A DNA stretch of 64,000 bases from Naegleria gruberi (taxonomy: Eukaryota): assembly GCA_000004985.1 (NCBI GenBank), contig GG738848.1. One strand, written 5' to 3'. Position 1 is the first letter of the stretch; each line of letters opens with the position of its first letter. Below are positions 1-10,775 of the stretch, piece by piece. The notes beneath the pieces are model-generated. The model saw only the letters and a program-made list of their open reading frames with translations. It was not told where the DNA came from and ran no database searches. The position numbers and the translations under genes were made by a program.

Positions 1-1000
1 TCCAAATAAATAGCTAGTGCTTTGTAGACTTCTAGGGCCACATTCTTAGGTATTCTTTTGCGCTTAGACCAGTTAAGCCAGTCATTACGGGAGCAACGAC
101 CATCAAATTCTATCCTAAGTTGAGAGGATTCTGAGATATCAGGAGGGAAACGAATCTTGTTAAGGCTAAATTTCTGGGAGATAGCGTCCCATGTGGCATA
201 CAGTTCATCCTTTTCAGGATTGCATTTGGGACAAGTTTGGAATACGTGGGTCCAATCTTCCTTGACATTACATTTGTCACAAATACTGTCGTTACCTAGT
301 AAAATTGAGTGGTGGAGATTAAAGTAGAGGAGTCTTTGCTGATAATAAGACAAGAGAGAGTTTCTCCAGAAGGAGAGAGTGCTATTATGCCAATTATAGT
401 CATTGTCTAATTGGCCCAACTTATTAATAATTTTCTTGGATCGCTGAGTTTCAATGATAGCATTTCTAAGGTTGGAGACAGGCTTGTGATTGGTACGGTT
501 ACACAAGACCCATCCATTATCTGTGGATTTGAAGTAATATTTCAGATCTTTCATTGTAGCGGCAGCATTTTTCCACAGTGAATCTGTAGTTTCACCCTTG
601 AGCGCCTTATTTATCATGGCTCTTGCGATTTTGGGTGATAGGAGAGGTAGAATTGACAAACCTACAGACAGATGCCATCCTTTCCACGTGACTTATATCA
701 ACTGGAGATGAAAGTCCAAGTCCACCCTGGGATTTATCACCATATATAACGGCTTTAGAGAGCCTGTTGTCACATCCAATTCTTTTCTTAATAATTCCAC
801 TAATTTTGACTTCCAATTTTTCCAATAGTGAAAGTGGAATAGCATCTACGCTTGAGAGGTATCTAGGTACAGAAAGCACCTTAGATAATATTACGTTCCT
901 CATTGGACCGAAACAACTTTTAAGAGAACCTTATCATCGGAGGGAGACCAAGACATGTTACTCGTCATTCAATAAAAGTTAATATTTCTCAGAGCTGCAA
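1..1000 (-). mobile_element. Non-LTR (LINE-like) retrotransposon fragment covering the reverse-transcriptase C-terminal region. It is frameshifted and continues past the window start.
   Basis: The minus-strand ORF at 607..903 contains the RT thumb motif YGDKSQGGLGL. Downstream, a second long open frame from about 605 to 1 in a -1 frame encodes a Cys/His-rich tail (DSICDKCNVKEDWTHVFQTCPKCN), which is typical of LINE ORF2 C-termini. The frameshift near 605 argues for a degenerate copy. No ATG start was found. Confidence 0.5.
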
Positions 1001-1392
1001 GACTTGTTGTGCTGTTTATTTAAAAATCTCAATTTTTCCCTAATGACGGCATTTACCCCTGAACGGCAAAAAACAACCAACCTGAGCAAAAAAAAAATGA
1101 ATTTAGGTCCTACTTTGACACAAATCATCTACCACATTTCATCAGAATCACACAGCTAAACAACAGGGTTGGTGTTTTTCATAAATTGTACCCTGTATTT
1201 AACTATTAAGTTTTATTAAATTCGGGAGTTGATTTTTCGAAAAAAGAATAGAGGGCGGCTACTTTTGAAAAACAACTACCTCATTCCGAAAAACAACAGA
1301 CCACCAAAATTCAATTCCTAAATGGCTAACACACCATAGCACACAAATTTGGTTTATTCAATTTTTAGAATTGTCACACTCATCACACCAAT

Positions 1393-1651
1393 TTACAAGT
1401 CACAAACACTATTCAACTTCAATTCGACTCTTCTCTTTTTCCAAGCTGAACTCAAATAGTCTTTGATCTTGTCCTTGATTTCACTGAAGAGACACCCATT
1501 TTGAAAAGTCAAGCAAATATCCTCTACCAACTGAATGTCAAGGTGTTCTCCTTCATTGATTTTATCTGAAATAACAACCTCTTCAAATCTAATCTTGGCT
1601 CCAACACCATCTACAGAAAGCACTTTTATTGGGAAAGAAGAATTTCTAAAT
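1393..1651 (-). CDS. Probable terminal exon of a spliced minus-strand gene, about 86 codons, function unknown.
   Basis: The open frame at 1393..1651 has no ATG. The tool's M is a GTG. A consensus acceptor (tttag) sits at about 1652 and a GTATGT donor about 90 nt further upstream on the minus strand. The peptide ends ...KRRVELKLNSVCDL. Confidence 0.2.
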
Positions 1652-2786
1652 TAAGAAGTCTATCATTTATGAAACATTAAAAATGAATCAACAAGACGTT
1701 AAGAAGAAAAACATTCAATACACAAAAACATACAGAGAACGAAAACGTATCAAGAAGGTTGTAAAAGAGACTATGAAGATATTAGCAAAAATGTAACAAA
1801 GGAACAATTATTAACTGGAAATTTGAAATTGGAAATAGATGAATCAAATTTGAAATCTGGACAACAAGAAGTAATTTTTCATGAGCAAGTGAGTTTCAGT
1901 TTTGGAGAATTGGGAGGATTTGATTTAAATGACAATAGTAGTAGTATTGTTGACGAATCAACAATGTATAAGGGGTAGGCGGTGAATGTTGTTACAGCAA
2001 TAACAATTATTCTCTTTATTATTGTATTTTGCGAGATTGCAACATCAAAGATTGGATTGTTATTGAAATTATTAGGAGAATTGCTTTCCAAAGATCATTT
2101 ATTATGTAAAACTAAAGATGCTCTGTTGAAATATGTGCTCAACTTTGGCAAAATGGCAAAGGTATTTAATTCTACGACTAATCGATAAGAATCATGTAAG
2201 TATTTAAATTAATTAATTTATTGATATCTTTAGGATTTCCGTATTAATACATCCCTTTCAGATTTGGTGGTCAAGACTGTTTCAGGGAACATTGCTAGTG
2301 TCAAATCAATGGATTTTTCACTTAAATCAATCTCAATATGCTTTTACTAGCAGTGGAAAGTAAGTGGTTTCATGGCTAAATTGCAACTAATATTTTAGAA
2401 GTGTAATAATCACAAGTTTTATTGAGAAGAACAATACTGTATTTGCTATTTTGGATAATTATGTGGATGGGAAATTTACTCACACTTTCACGGAGCCAAT
2501 TACTAACCTCAAAGACCTCACATTTTCATTTGTTGATTCATTTGGTCTTGGTCATTTTTCCAACCATTCCATTCTGCTAAGTTGACTCTTAATAAAAGTT
2601 TAGGTTATGATTGTAAAAAATTCAAGTCCTCAATTTATTGCAAATCAACCCCTCACTTTTTCAAAAAGCCAGGTCTGGATTTGATAAAAACCACTGTTCA
2701 GATAGTGGTACCTGATTTTACCCCTCGATTTTTTGCAAACTACCACTTATTTCCGTCATTAGGGAATTTTGATATTTTAGAAAAAA

Positions 2787-4013
2787 ATGAGCAAACGAAA
2801 TAGACAAGATTTTGAAAATTATCATCAATTTATTAATTCGGAGGAAATATTCACTAACAATTTTAATATTATGGAAGAGAAGGCAAAAAAGAGTGTGAAA
2901 TTCCAACAAGAAATATTTTCAGATGATGTTTGTTTTGAAATAATTTCCATGATTGATGATTCATGGTTTATTTTAAATAATTGTTGTTTAATTTCAAAAC
3001 AATTCTTTAATGTGATCAAGGAACGTTCAAAACTTGTTATTCAATTTAACAAAAAATTTACAAAGAAACGAGTTCAATTATTCATGAAAAGTCAATTCAT
3101 GAATAGTATTGTTAATCTTAAAGTTTCTCGCCGGTTACTTGACTCTTTAGAACAACCCAAATTCATAAGTGAAATGAAACAATTAACATCACTTAATATT
3201 TCTGACAATCAAATTGGCTTAGAAGGAGCCAAATACATCAGTGAAATGACACAATTAACATCACTTGATATTAGTGTAAATCGAATTGGTGTTGAAGGAG
3301 CTAAATTCATAAGTGAAATGAAACAATTAACATCACTTGATATTAGTGTAAATCGAATTGGTGTTGAAGGAGTTAAATTCATAAGCGAAATGAAACAATT
3401 AACATCACTTGATATTTCTGACAATCAAATTGGCTTAGAAGGATCCAAATACATCAGTGAAATGACACAATTAACATCACTTGATATTAGTGTAAATCGA
3501 ATTGGTGTTGAAGGAGCTAAATTCATAAGTGAAATGAAACAATTAACATCACTTAATATTAGTGTAAATCGAATTGGTGTTGAAGGAGTTAAATTCATAA
3601 GTGAAATGAAACAATTAACATCACTTGATATTTCTGACAATCAAATTGGCTTAGGAGCCAAATACATAAGTGAAATGACACAATTAACATCACTTGATAT
3701 TTCTGTAAATCGAATTGGTGATGAAGGAGCTAAATTCATAAGTGAAATGAAACAATTAACATCACTTGATATTTGTGACAATCAAATTGGTGTTGAAGGA
3801 GCCAAATTCATAAGCGAAATGACACAATTAACATCACTTGTTATTACTAGCAATCGAATTGGTGTTGAAGGAGCTAAATTCATAAGTGAAATGAAACAAT
3901 TAACATCACTTGATATTTCTGGCAATCGAATTGGTGATGAAGGAGTTAAATTCATAAGTGAAATGAAACAATTAACATCACTTAATATTAGTGTAAATCG
4001 AATTGGTGGATGA
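2787..4013 (+). CDS. F-box-like plus leucine-rich-repeat protein. It has 24-aa RI-like LRRs with consensus LTSLDISxNxIGxEGAKFISEMKQ. The ORF probably continues to 4483 but is broken by frameshifts.
   Basis: The N-terminus has an F-box-like segment (DDVCFEIISMIDDSWFILNNCCLISKQFFNVI). It is followed by about 12 perfect 24-aa LRR units. A 1-nt insertion at about 4011, a 1-nt deletion at about 4210 and further indels around 4340-4380 break the frame. The in-frame natural stop is at 4481-4483. Confidence 0.6.
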   Translation: MSKRNRQDFENYHQFINSEEIFTNNFNIMEEKAKKSVKFQQEIFSDDVCFEIISMIDDSWFILNNCCLISKQFFNVIKERSKLVIQFNKKFTKKRVQLFMKSQFMNSIVNLKVSRRLLDSLEQPKFISEMKQLTSLNISDNQIGLEGAKYISEMTQLTSLDISVNRIGVEGAKFISEMKQLTSLDISVNRIGVEGVKFISEMKQLTSLDISDNQIGLEGSKYISEMTQLTSLDISVNRIGVEGAKFISEMKQLTSLNISVNRIGVEGVKFISEMKQLTSLDISDNQIGLGAKYISEMTQLTSLDISVNRIGDEGAKFISEMKQLTSLDICDNQIGVEGAKFISEMTQLTSLVITSNRIGVEGAKFISEMKQLTSLDISGNRIGDEGVKFISEMKQLTSLNISVNRIGG

Positions 4014-4483
4014 AGGAGTTAAATTCATAAGTGAAATGAAACAATTAACATCACTTAATATTTCTGACAATCAAATTGGCGTAGAAGGAGCCAAATACCT
4101 CAGTGAAATGACACAATTAACATCACTTGATATTTCTGACAATCAAATTGGCTTAGAAGGAGCCAAATACATAAGTGAAATGAAACAATTAACATCACTT
4201 GATATTTCTGCAATCGAATTGGTGATGAAGGAGCTAAATTCATAAGCGAAATGAAACAATTAACATCACTTAATATTAGTGTAAATCGAATTGGTGGAGA
4301 AGGAGCCAAATACATCAGTGAAATGAAACAATTAACATCACTTAATATTATGACAATCGAAATTGGTGACAAGGAGCCAAATACATAAGTGAAATGAAAC
4401 AATTAACATCACTTCATATTACTAGCAATCAAATTGGCGTAGAAGGAGCCAAATACATAAGTGAAATGAAACAATTATTGTAG
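3160..4483 (+). repeat. Tandem 72-bp coding repeat array of about 18 units. A 216-bp higher-order repeat of three units is visible at 3209..3640.
   Basis: The units are near-identical at the nucleotide level. Alternating DNQIGLEGAKYISEMTQ and VNRIGVEGAKFISEMKQ variants give a 216-bp periodicity. The minus-strand ORFs 3209..3424 and 3425..3640 are near-identical mirror images of this array. Confidence 0.85.
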
Positions 4484-5012
4484 TTTAATAAAACTATTTT
4501 TTGATTGATTGAGATGGAAAATAATAGATTTAATAGAATCGATCCATATCTAGAAACCTCATTGAACTGAGCTTGAAACTTTGGCTTTGATTTCTTTTGT
4601 TTCATTAAGCTTAGAAATAGTTTTTTCAAATTGCTTCTTTTACCTTCTTGAATCATCCCTTGGTTGGATGTCATTACAGGGAGTGCCTTAGCAATCACCT
4701 TATCGGTATTACCTAGTTGGCATCAGTGGCGATGGCATCGATAGGTTTAATTAAATTTGAAAGTGGTTGAATTTTCCTTACAATTTCGACCTCTAGATTT
4801 GTTTATCCAGGGCTATCATCCTCGTTCTAAGAAATCAAAGTTTAGATGAACAGCCAAGCATAATATCAATTTTTACAAAATATGAAACTTGCCAATTTCG
4901 AAGGAATGGGTATTCTGATAATCTTCTATCTAGAATGAACCAATGACAAGAAAATACCTATTTATTGTTTCAATTAAACCAACATTAAACCAACTACTGG
5001 TTTGCAACTCAT

Positions 5013-7124
5013 TCAGGGAGGAACCAGAGTTGTTTGAGAATGAACACTTGGAAATATAACATGCCACAAATATTTAAAGTCCAAAAAGAGAGTTTTCCAA
5101 TTTAGAAGCATATTTTGAAATCGAATATTGTTGAGAAAGACATATGAATCCGTTTCACATGCCTCCAAACTGTGTGATATGAAATATTTCAGTAGAGGTG
5201 AAATTACGTATCGTGTGAATAGATTTGAAATATTTTGAGGACGAAAGACTGCCTCTGCCAAGTAATCCACAAACCAAACATAGGAATAGGTATAGTGAAA
5301 GACAAGTTGAAGATTTCTACTAAACGTAAAGTTGAATGTGTAGGGAAGTGGATGTACGTGCTTTTGTCGATTCTTCTTCTTTTCCAATCGAGAAGCAACC
5401 AATGATTCATGCAATGCTAAACAAGATTCACACACCAGTGCAATTCCTCTTCCATAGTAAGGATTAAGTGAGGCAACAGCATCACCCAGAGCGAGGAATC
5501 CCTCTACAATTGATTTCTTACCTCTCTTATTGGTAAGAGAAGGCAAAGTATCCCAATGATTGAACAAGACATAATCTCTCCTGTAAATACTCCAATCCAT
5601 AACTGGTGGTTCTCCCTCTCCCACAAACTTGGTAAAACACTCCTCACATACTTTGAAAGCACTTGGAATTTCTTGCTTGATGAATTGGAGAACTGCATCT
5701 TTGGATTTTAGGTTTTTGGCCTTTTCAAATGTTCCCAATTTACTGACAATAAACATGGCAAGATTATTTTCAATTCTATAGACCATTACTCGTTCAGTTT
5801 TGGGAAATTCATTACTATAGACCGTTAGCCATTGAGGTTTCTTTTCTCTCATGTAGAAACCCTCAGAGAGACATTCTGGCTTGATCTTGAATATTGCCAT
5901 TACGTTTGTGATTTGAGACTTCTTTTTGGTTTTCTTCATTGGTTTGGCACGGTGATCAATTTCTGCCACCTCATTCAAAATCCACTCTGGTGTCTTGGTA
6001 TAAACACCACTGCAATCAATGACCAAGCTGGCATCAAGTGTGCTTGTCTTTCCATCTATTGAAGGATGTCCACCTATGGCATCAAACTTGTTCTCTCCAC
6101 TAATCTGTACTCCTACAGCTCTGTGAACGATATTTCCCAAATATGTGGGTGAATTAGATTGTTGTTGAGAGCTCGAACTCGATGTATCTGAAATGGTATT
6201 ATGATCTGGAATTTCACTATACGTTGCAGAGAAAATCTTCTTGGTAATACTGTCATATGAACTAAAGTGTTCCTCATGATATCGTTCCCAGAGAATATCC
6301 TTCACCTCTGTCTTTTCCAATACTATAATATTTTTCAAGTTTTTTACATAATCTCTGAGCCAACTTTCCAAAAAGGTCCTCGACATCATAATCATGTTGG
6401 GAAAGTTCAATAAATTAAGTGGTACTCTCGGTTTACCATTTGTTCTATAATCAGCCATATCAATACTCAATTCAAAGGCACCTTCTTCGACCATACTCTC
6501 AGTGAATGATTTTTCATTCTTGGTCAATAACTTGTCTAACAATTGGATACATTTCATCAATAGGATATGAGTCTGATGTCCGTGAGCCACCATCGTATGC
6601 CCAGGAACCATCTCCTTCTGTTCCACAATATAAACCTGATCAAAGTGATGTGAGAGAACACACCCAGACAACAACCCAGATATAGAACCACCAATAATTA
6701 CACAACTTTTACCAGCTTTGGGTATGTGCTTCTTTTCCAATTGTTCAATTTCCTTCTCCAATGTCAAATCAGAGTGTTGCTTAATCTCCAAGAATGGAAC
6801 TATAAACTTTTTAAATAACTTTACAATAATCGCCTTTAAAATAAATACTAGAATAAAAATAAATAAATAATACACCAATAAGTCAATACTATTACAAGAT
6901 ATATTTGAGGATTTGCAAAAATCTTCCTTCCAATCCCTCACTCGATCCTTATAAATCACAGTTTGATTCATCACCAAATGTGTCCAATTCTTTAAAGTTT
7001 CCCAATCATTCCGATGTTGTTGTTGATGATTCGTATGTTTTATCTGATGTTGATTATGATGACTATTCATCACTGATGATGATGATGCCTGTGATGATGG
7101 ATTACTCCTCAAACTTCCCGTCAT
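5013..7124 (-). CDS. FAD-dependent monooxygenase/hydroxylase-like flavoprotein with an N-terminal TM segment.
   Basis: A dinucleotide-binding GxGxxG motif is present (SCVIIGGSISGLLSGCVL). The flavoprotein-monooxygenase motif GDAVASLNPYYGRGIA (GD-x6-P-x2-G-x-G) is also present. The 703-aa ORF is uninterrupted. The N-terminus is His/Gln-rich with a hydrophobic segment (LLVYYLFIFILVFILKAIIV). Confidence 0.6.
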   Translation of the reverse strand: MTGSLRSNPSSQASSSSVMNSHHNQHQIKHTNHQQQHRNDWETLKNWTHLVMNQTVIYKDRVRDWKEDFCKSSNISCNSIDLLVYYLFIFILVFILKAIIVKLFKKFIVPFLEIKQHSDLTLEKEIEQLEKKHIPKAGKSCVIIGGSISGLLSGCVLSHHFDQVYIVEQKEMVPGHTMVAHGHQTHILLMKCIQLLDKLLTKNEKSFTESMVEEGAFELSIDMADYRTNGKPRVPLNLLNFPNMIMMSRTFLESWLRDYVKNLKNIIVLEKTEVKDILWERYHEEHFSSYDSITKKIFSATYSEIPDHNTISDTSSSSSQQQSNSPTYLGNIVHRAVGVQISGENKFDAIGGHPSIDGKTSTLDASLVIDCSGVYTKTPEWILNEVAEIDHRAKPMKKTKKKSQITNVMAIFKIKPECLSEGFYMREKKPQWLTVYSNEFPKTERVMVYRIENNLAMFIVSKLGTFEKAKNLKSKDAVLQFIKQEIPSAFKVCEECFTKFVGEGEPPVMDWSIYRRDYVLFNHWDTLPSLTNKRGKKSIVEGFLALGDAVASLNPYYGRGIALVCESCLALHESLVASRLEKKKNRQKHVHPLPYTFNFTFSRNLQLVFHYTYSYVWFVDYLAEAVFRPQNISNLFTRYVISPLLKYFISHSLEACETDSYVFLNNIRFQNMLLNWKTLFLDFKYLWHVIFPSVHSQTTLVPP

Positions 7125-7672
7125 TTTTGTATATTATTTACAACAACAATATTAAATAATTTAAATAATTTAAATAAATTGATGATCATTATCATAATTC
7201 TCAAAATCGAGAGCAGTAAATATTAATTTGCTGTTGATGATCAGAAAAAGTCGCGTTAAGGAAAAACTGAGCAAACAAGTGTTGTTATTTTTTTTGATTT
7301 GTTTTTGTGGCCCTAAAAAGGAAAATTAGCTGGAATAGATCAACCCAAATATGGTACTTTCATTTTACTGTAAAAATCTGAGAAAAATATTCTTTAATTT
7401 CAAAATTGCATTGCTAAAAGTTGAATAGATGAAACTAAACTCTGATTCTGATAAAGTGCTAATATTATTAATTTTGGAAATTAGTAAGTTTTGAGATTTT
7501 CTTTTTAGAGCTCTTCCACCTGCAAGAATATATATCTGGCAGTGTGTACCAGGATCCTCTGTGGTTGTAATTTGTTTCTATTGTAATTTGCTCACGTTAT
7601 AGAGAATCACGTTTCGAAATCCCTTTAAATTTGTCACACTGGTAAATTAAACTTGCTTATTCGAAACAAAAA

Positions 7673-9016
7673 ATGCTTTCTTTCGCCTTTAGAGTTTTTA
7701 AACCTTTAATTTATAGTGTAGTTGGACTTTTTCAACCTTCTGATCCTGCTGTATCTTCCTCCTATGTGAGATTGGCCAATACTCTATTCGAATTACATTT
7801 TAATTATATTGAGAATAAGAAACCAATTTCCAATTTCTTTATAACTTGTGAGTTTGATGGTAAAACAGTGAGAAAGCAAGTATTACTAAAAGGTGATGGA
7901 AAACGTGATGGTGGTATCTATCATCATGCAGTTGAACTTCATCCACAAAAGTTAATGTCCATTAAGGTGGAAACCGAAAGTGGAAGGTTGTTATTCGAAG
8001 CTCTAGATATTAATACCAACAGTTTCAAACAAGAAACTCTAACATTAATGGAAATGTCTATTCCAGACAGAAAGCAAGAACTATTCGATTCTATTAAGGA
8101 CAAATTAATTTCCATTTCCAAAAATGTAATCATTGGATCCATGTCCATCACATTTAGTGGCAAATCATCCCTCCTCAACAATATCTTCAAAACACTTGGT
8201 TCCAAACATGTTCCATTCCCAGTAGGAAGCACAGAACAAGCAAGAGAAGCTTACAAACTATTTTATGGAAGTTATCCAAGTAATGATTATTTGTCGTCGT
8301 TCACCACTGAAATTCTCAAGAAAAATGTGGATGATGTTGAGGGAATGGAATCTCTTTGGATTTGGGATTTGCCTGGAATTTTCGAATTTACCACTGCCGG
8401 TCAAATGCCAACACTTTTGAGTTTGACAGATGACTTATTGAACAAGTTATTTGTTACAAAGAATGGAATGATGAAATTGAATGGTAACCAAGAGGATAAA
8501 AAAGTCAATCGAGAAGAAGAAGAATTCTCACTGAAACCTCAAGCTTTAATTGTAACTCTTCCATTGGAGAATAGTTTCGCCTATAATTCCACAAGTGATA
8601 ATAATATTGCGTTATATTTTGGAAGAATTTCTGGATTTCTATCAAAGGAGCATAATGTGAAATCTGTTTATTGTTATACCAAGATAGACGAAACTTATAT
8701 TTACCAGAATTACATTTCAAAGAATGTGGGAATTACTAGCATGTTGGACGAAACTGATCCTACACCAGATCAAATGAAACTCAATTTACTCAAACAATTC
8801 CATGAATGGGATATTTTAGAAAGAAAGGATAATAATTTTCCAGATATGGTTAACAGTGATCATACAATTCCTTTTTTATCAATCAATTCCCCAACTAAGG
8901 AAATTGACAACTTTTTCCAAGTTCAATATTTGGAAGTGTTAAATCTGGCATTGGATAAATGTTTCCAGAAGAAATCATCCCTCTCATGTGAATCCATTTG
9001 CATTGTTAAAAAATAA
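7673..9016 (+). CDS. Hypothetical protein with degenerate P-loop GTPase-like motifs.
   Basis: The 447-aa ORF contains IIGSMSITFSGKSSLLNNIF, which is dynamin/AIG1-like G1 with extra residues. It also contains WIWDLPGIFEF, a DxPG G3-like motif. No further domain was recognised. Confidence 0.35.
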   Translation: MLSFAFRVFKPLIYSVVGLFQPSDPAVSSSYVRLANTLFELHFNYIENKKPISNFFITCEFDGKTVRKQVLLKGDGKRDGGIYHHAVELHPQKLMSIKVETESGRLLFEALDINTNSFKQETLTLMEMSIPDRKQELFDSIKDKLISISKNVIIGSMSITFSGKSSLLNNIFKTLGSKHVPFPVGSTEQAREAYKLFYGSYPSNDYLSSFTTEILKKNVDDVEGMESLWIWDLPGIFEFTTAGQMPTLLSLTDDLLNKLFVTKNGMMKLNGNQEDKKVNREEEEFSLKPQALIVTLPLENSFAYNSTSDNNIALYFGRISGFLSKEHNVKSVYCYTKIDETYIYQNYISKNVGITSMLDETDPTPDQMKLNLLKQFHEWDILERKDNNFPDMVNSDHTIPFLSINSPTKEIDNFFQVQYLEVLNLALDKCFQKKSSLSCESICIVKK

Positions 9017-9144
9017 GAAGAAGAAACATGACTAAAAGAATAAACCTTTCATTTACTTAAGAGGAAACAAATCTTAATTATTTTAAACTATTTGAATTTG
9101 TAAATATTGTAAAGTTTTTGTAAAGTTTTTTGTAAACTTGAAAT

Positions 9145-10008
9145 TTATTCCTTTACAGATTTAAGCAATTTTGATGCACTCGCCAAAATTTCAAAATGAT
9201 ACCCATTTCTCGAAATATATGGAGAGTGTACAATGCGTTTCATTTGTGCACCAACGAAAATGAAATCTTTTGGAGTCAAACTTTCAAGCGAATCTGGCGA
9301 TCTTCCTGATATAAAAATGAAACTCTTTACAATAATCTTTCGTGTAAATCTTGGTGATTTTTCAACGTGATTGAAAATCGTTTCGTCAAGTTTGTCCATG
9401 TGGGGAATATTTTCATAGAATAAATTGTCAATTCTTGGGGATTTGACAAGAGTTGGAGAATTAGGTGTGAATGAATTGTAATTTTCTTGAAATTTGTTTT
9501 CGAGAAGAGAATTGTTTTGATCTGGTTTTTTGGCAAAGTATTTGCATGTTACTAATGTTGGCTGGATCAAAAATAGAATGCTTATCATTATCATTTGAAA
9601 GATTGACAACAAGATGATTGAGATATACGAAAGTGAAACTGAAACCAAGACGGCAAGAGATGATTTTTGAGAGAATGTCAATTTCTGGGTAGTACAATAA
9701 CCCAAGGAAGTTAAAAATCTCAAATTGAACAAGAAAATTGAACCAGCATCTTCGTGATGAAGAATTGTCAATAAGAGTTCCCACCAATTTCTATACGATA
9801 CTCGACTATTGTCTGTAAAAAACAAAAGGAAGGGTAGAAAGTTTGCCAACAAGTAAATCCATCCATTTCTATCTTCCATAGCAAGCTCTTGGTGCATTCT
9901 GATTCTTTCGTAATTCATTTTTTTGTTATTCGAAACGTGATTTTCCTCCTTACCAATCTTAACATTCCTTGAAACGTGATTTTTCAACAATCCTAAACAG
10001 ACTGTCAT
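9145..10008 (-). CDS. Hypothetical multi-pass membrane protein.
   Basis: The 287-aa ORF has several hydrophobic helices (LLANFLPFLLFFT, ISIILLSIFQMIMISILFLIQ). No recognisable catalytic motif was seen. Confidence 0.3.
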   Translation of the reverse strand: MTVCLGLLKNHVSRNVKIGKEENHVSNNKKMNYERIRMHQELAMEDRNGWIYLLANFLPFLLFFTDNSRVSYRNWWELLLTILHHEDAGSIFLFNLRFLTSLGYCTTQKLTFSQKSSLAVLVSVSLSYISIILLSIFQMIMISILFLIQPTLVTCKYFAKKPDQNNSLLENKFQENYNSFTPNSPTLVKSPRIDNLFYENIPHMDKLDETIFNHVEKSPRFTRKIIVKSFIFISGRSPDSLESLTPKDFIFVGAQMKRIVHSPYISRNGYHFEILASASKLLKSVKE

Positions 10009-10040
10009 CAGAAAACGTGATTAAACTTTAAAAAAAAACG

Positions 10041-10742
10041 ATGGGTAGATTAGTATATCTTGCAGCTGCAGGATTAGTTGGATATTTGCTTGGAACGAGA
10101 CAAACTAATACTGACAGCCCAAGTTCACTTTCGAATAACTCGCCACAATCATTGATTGAGGTTTCTACAACAGACCCAGTTGTGGAATTTCAGCAATTGG
10201 CTGTGGTTTCTAATCCCAGTGATATTGAAGAAACATCATCTACAGCTTTGGAAGTTATTCTAAACGATTCGTCTCCCAAATCCCTCACATGGTATAATAC
10301 TGCACTCTATACTACAATTCTATTACTTTCATGTAAACTTGGAGTTTCGATTTATACCACACTGTTCACAACCTTCAGTATTCCAATGTCTTTGCAAGAA
10401 CAGATTCGTATTCCAATTCTAATAACTAAAAACTATTCCTCTGAATGCTACAATCACTCTCTCCTTCTCAATCTACTCAATAGCAAAATGAAAGATTCTC
10501 GCTTCACATTTGAATTTTGCTCAGCTCCCGAAAAACCTCATTTGAATTGTTGTTTCTATCTGGAAGATAGTAGAGATGTGAAAAGTCCATTCGACAAGTC
10601 AATTCTCTACATTGTGAATAGTAAAATAGCACAAGCAGTGAATAGACCTCACATGTTCGTGTGTGCTCATTCGACCAATATTTTGGAATTGAAGAATATT
10701 CAGAATTTGATGGAATATTTGGAGATTAATTTTGTGGTATAG
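10041..10742 (+). CDS. Hypothetical protein with an N-terminal signal/anchor and a Ser/Thr-rich region.
   Basis: The 233-aa ORF starts with the hydrophobic N-terminus MGRLVYLAAAGLVGYLLG. A low-complexity S/T segment follows. A second hydrophobic segment is TAL YTTILLLSCKLGVSIY. Confidence 0.3.
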   Translation: MGRLVYLAAAGLVGYLLGTRQTNTDSPSSLSNNSPQSLIEVSTTDPVVEFQQLAVVSNPSDIEETSSTALEVILNDSSPKSLTWYNTALYTTILLLSCKLGVSIYTTLFTTFSIPMSLQEQIRIPILITKNYSSECYNHSLLLNLLNSKMKDSRFTFEFCSAPEKPHLNCCFYLEDSRDVKSPFDKSILYIVNSKIAQAVNRPHMFVCAHSTNILELKNIQNLMEYLEINFVV

Positions 10743-10775
10743 ATATGGATTAGAATAAAAATATATAAAATTGGT

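Noticed and set aside
3209-4698. Minus-strand ORFs at 3209..3424, 3425..3640, 4100..4402 and 4429..4698 inside the LRR array.
   Set aside because: They are mirror-frame artefacts of the 72-bp tandem repeat. They are identical to each other because the repeat is. The sense-strand LRR gene explains the region.
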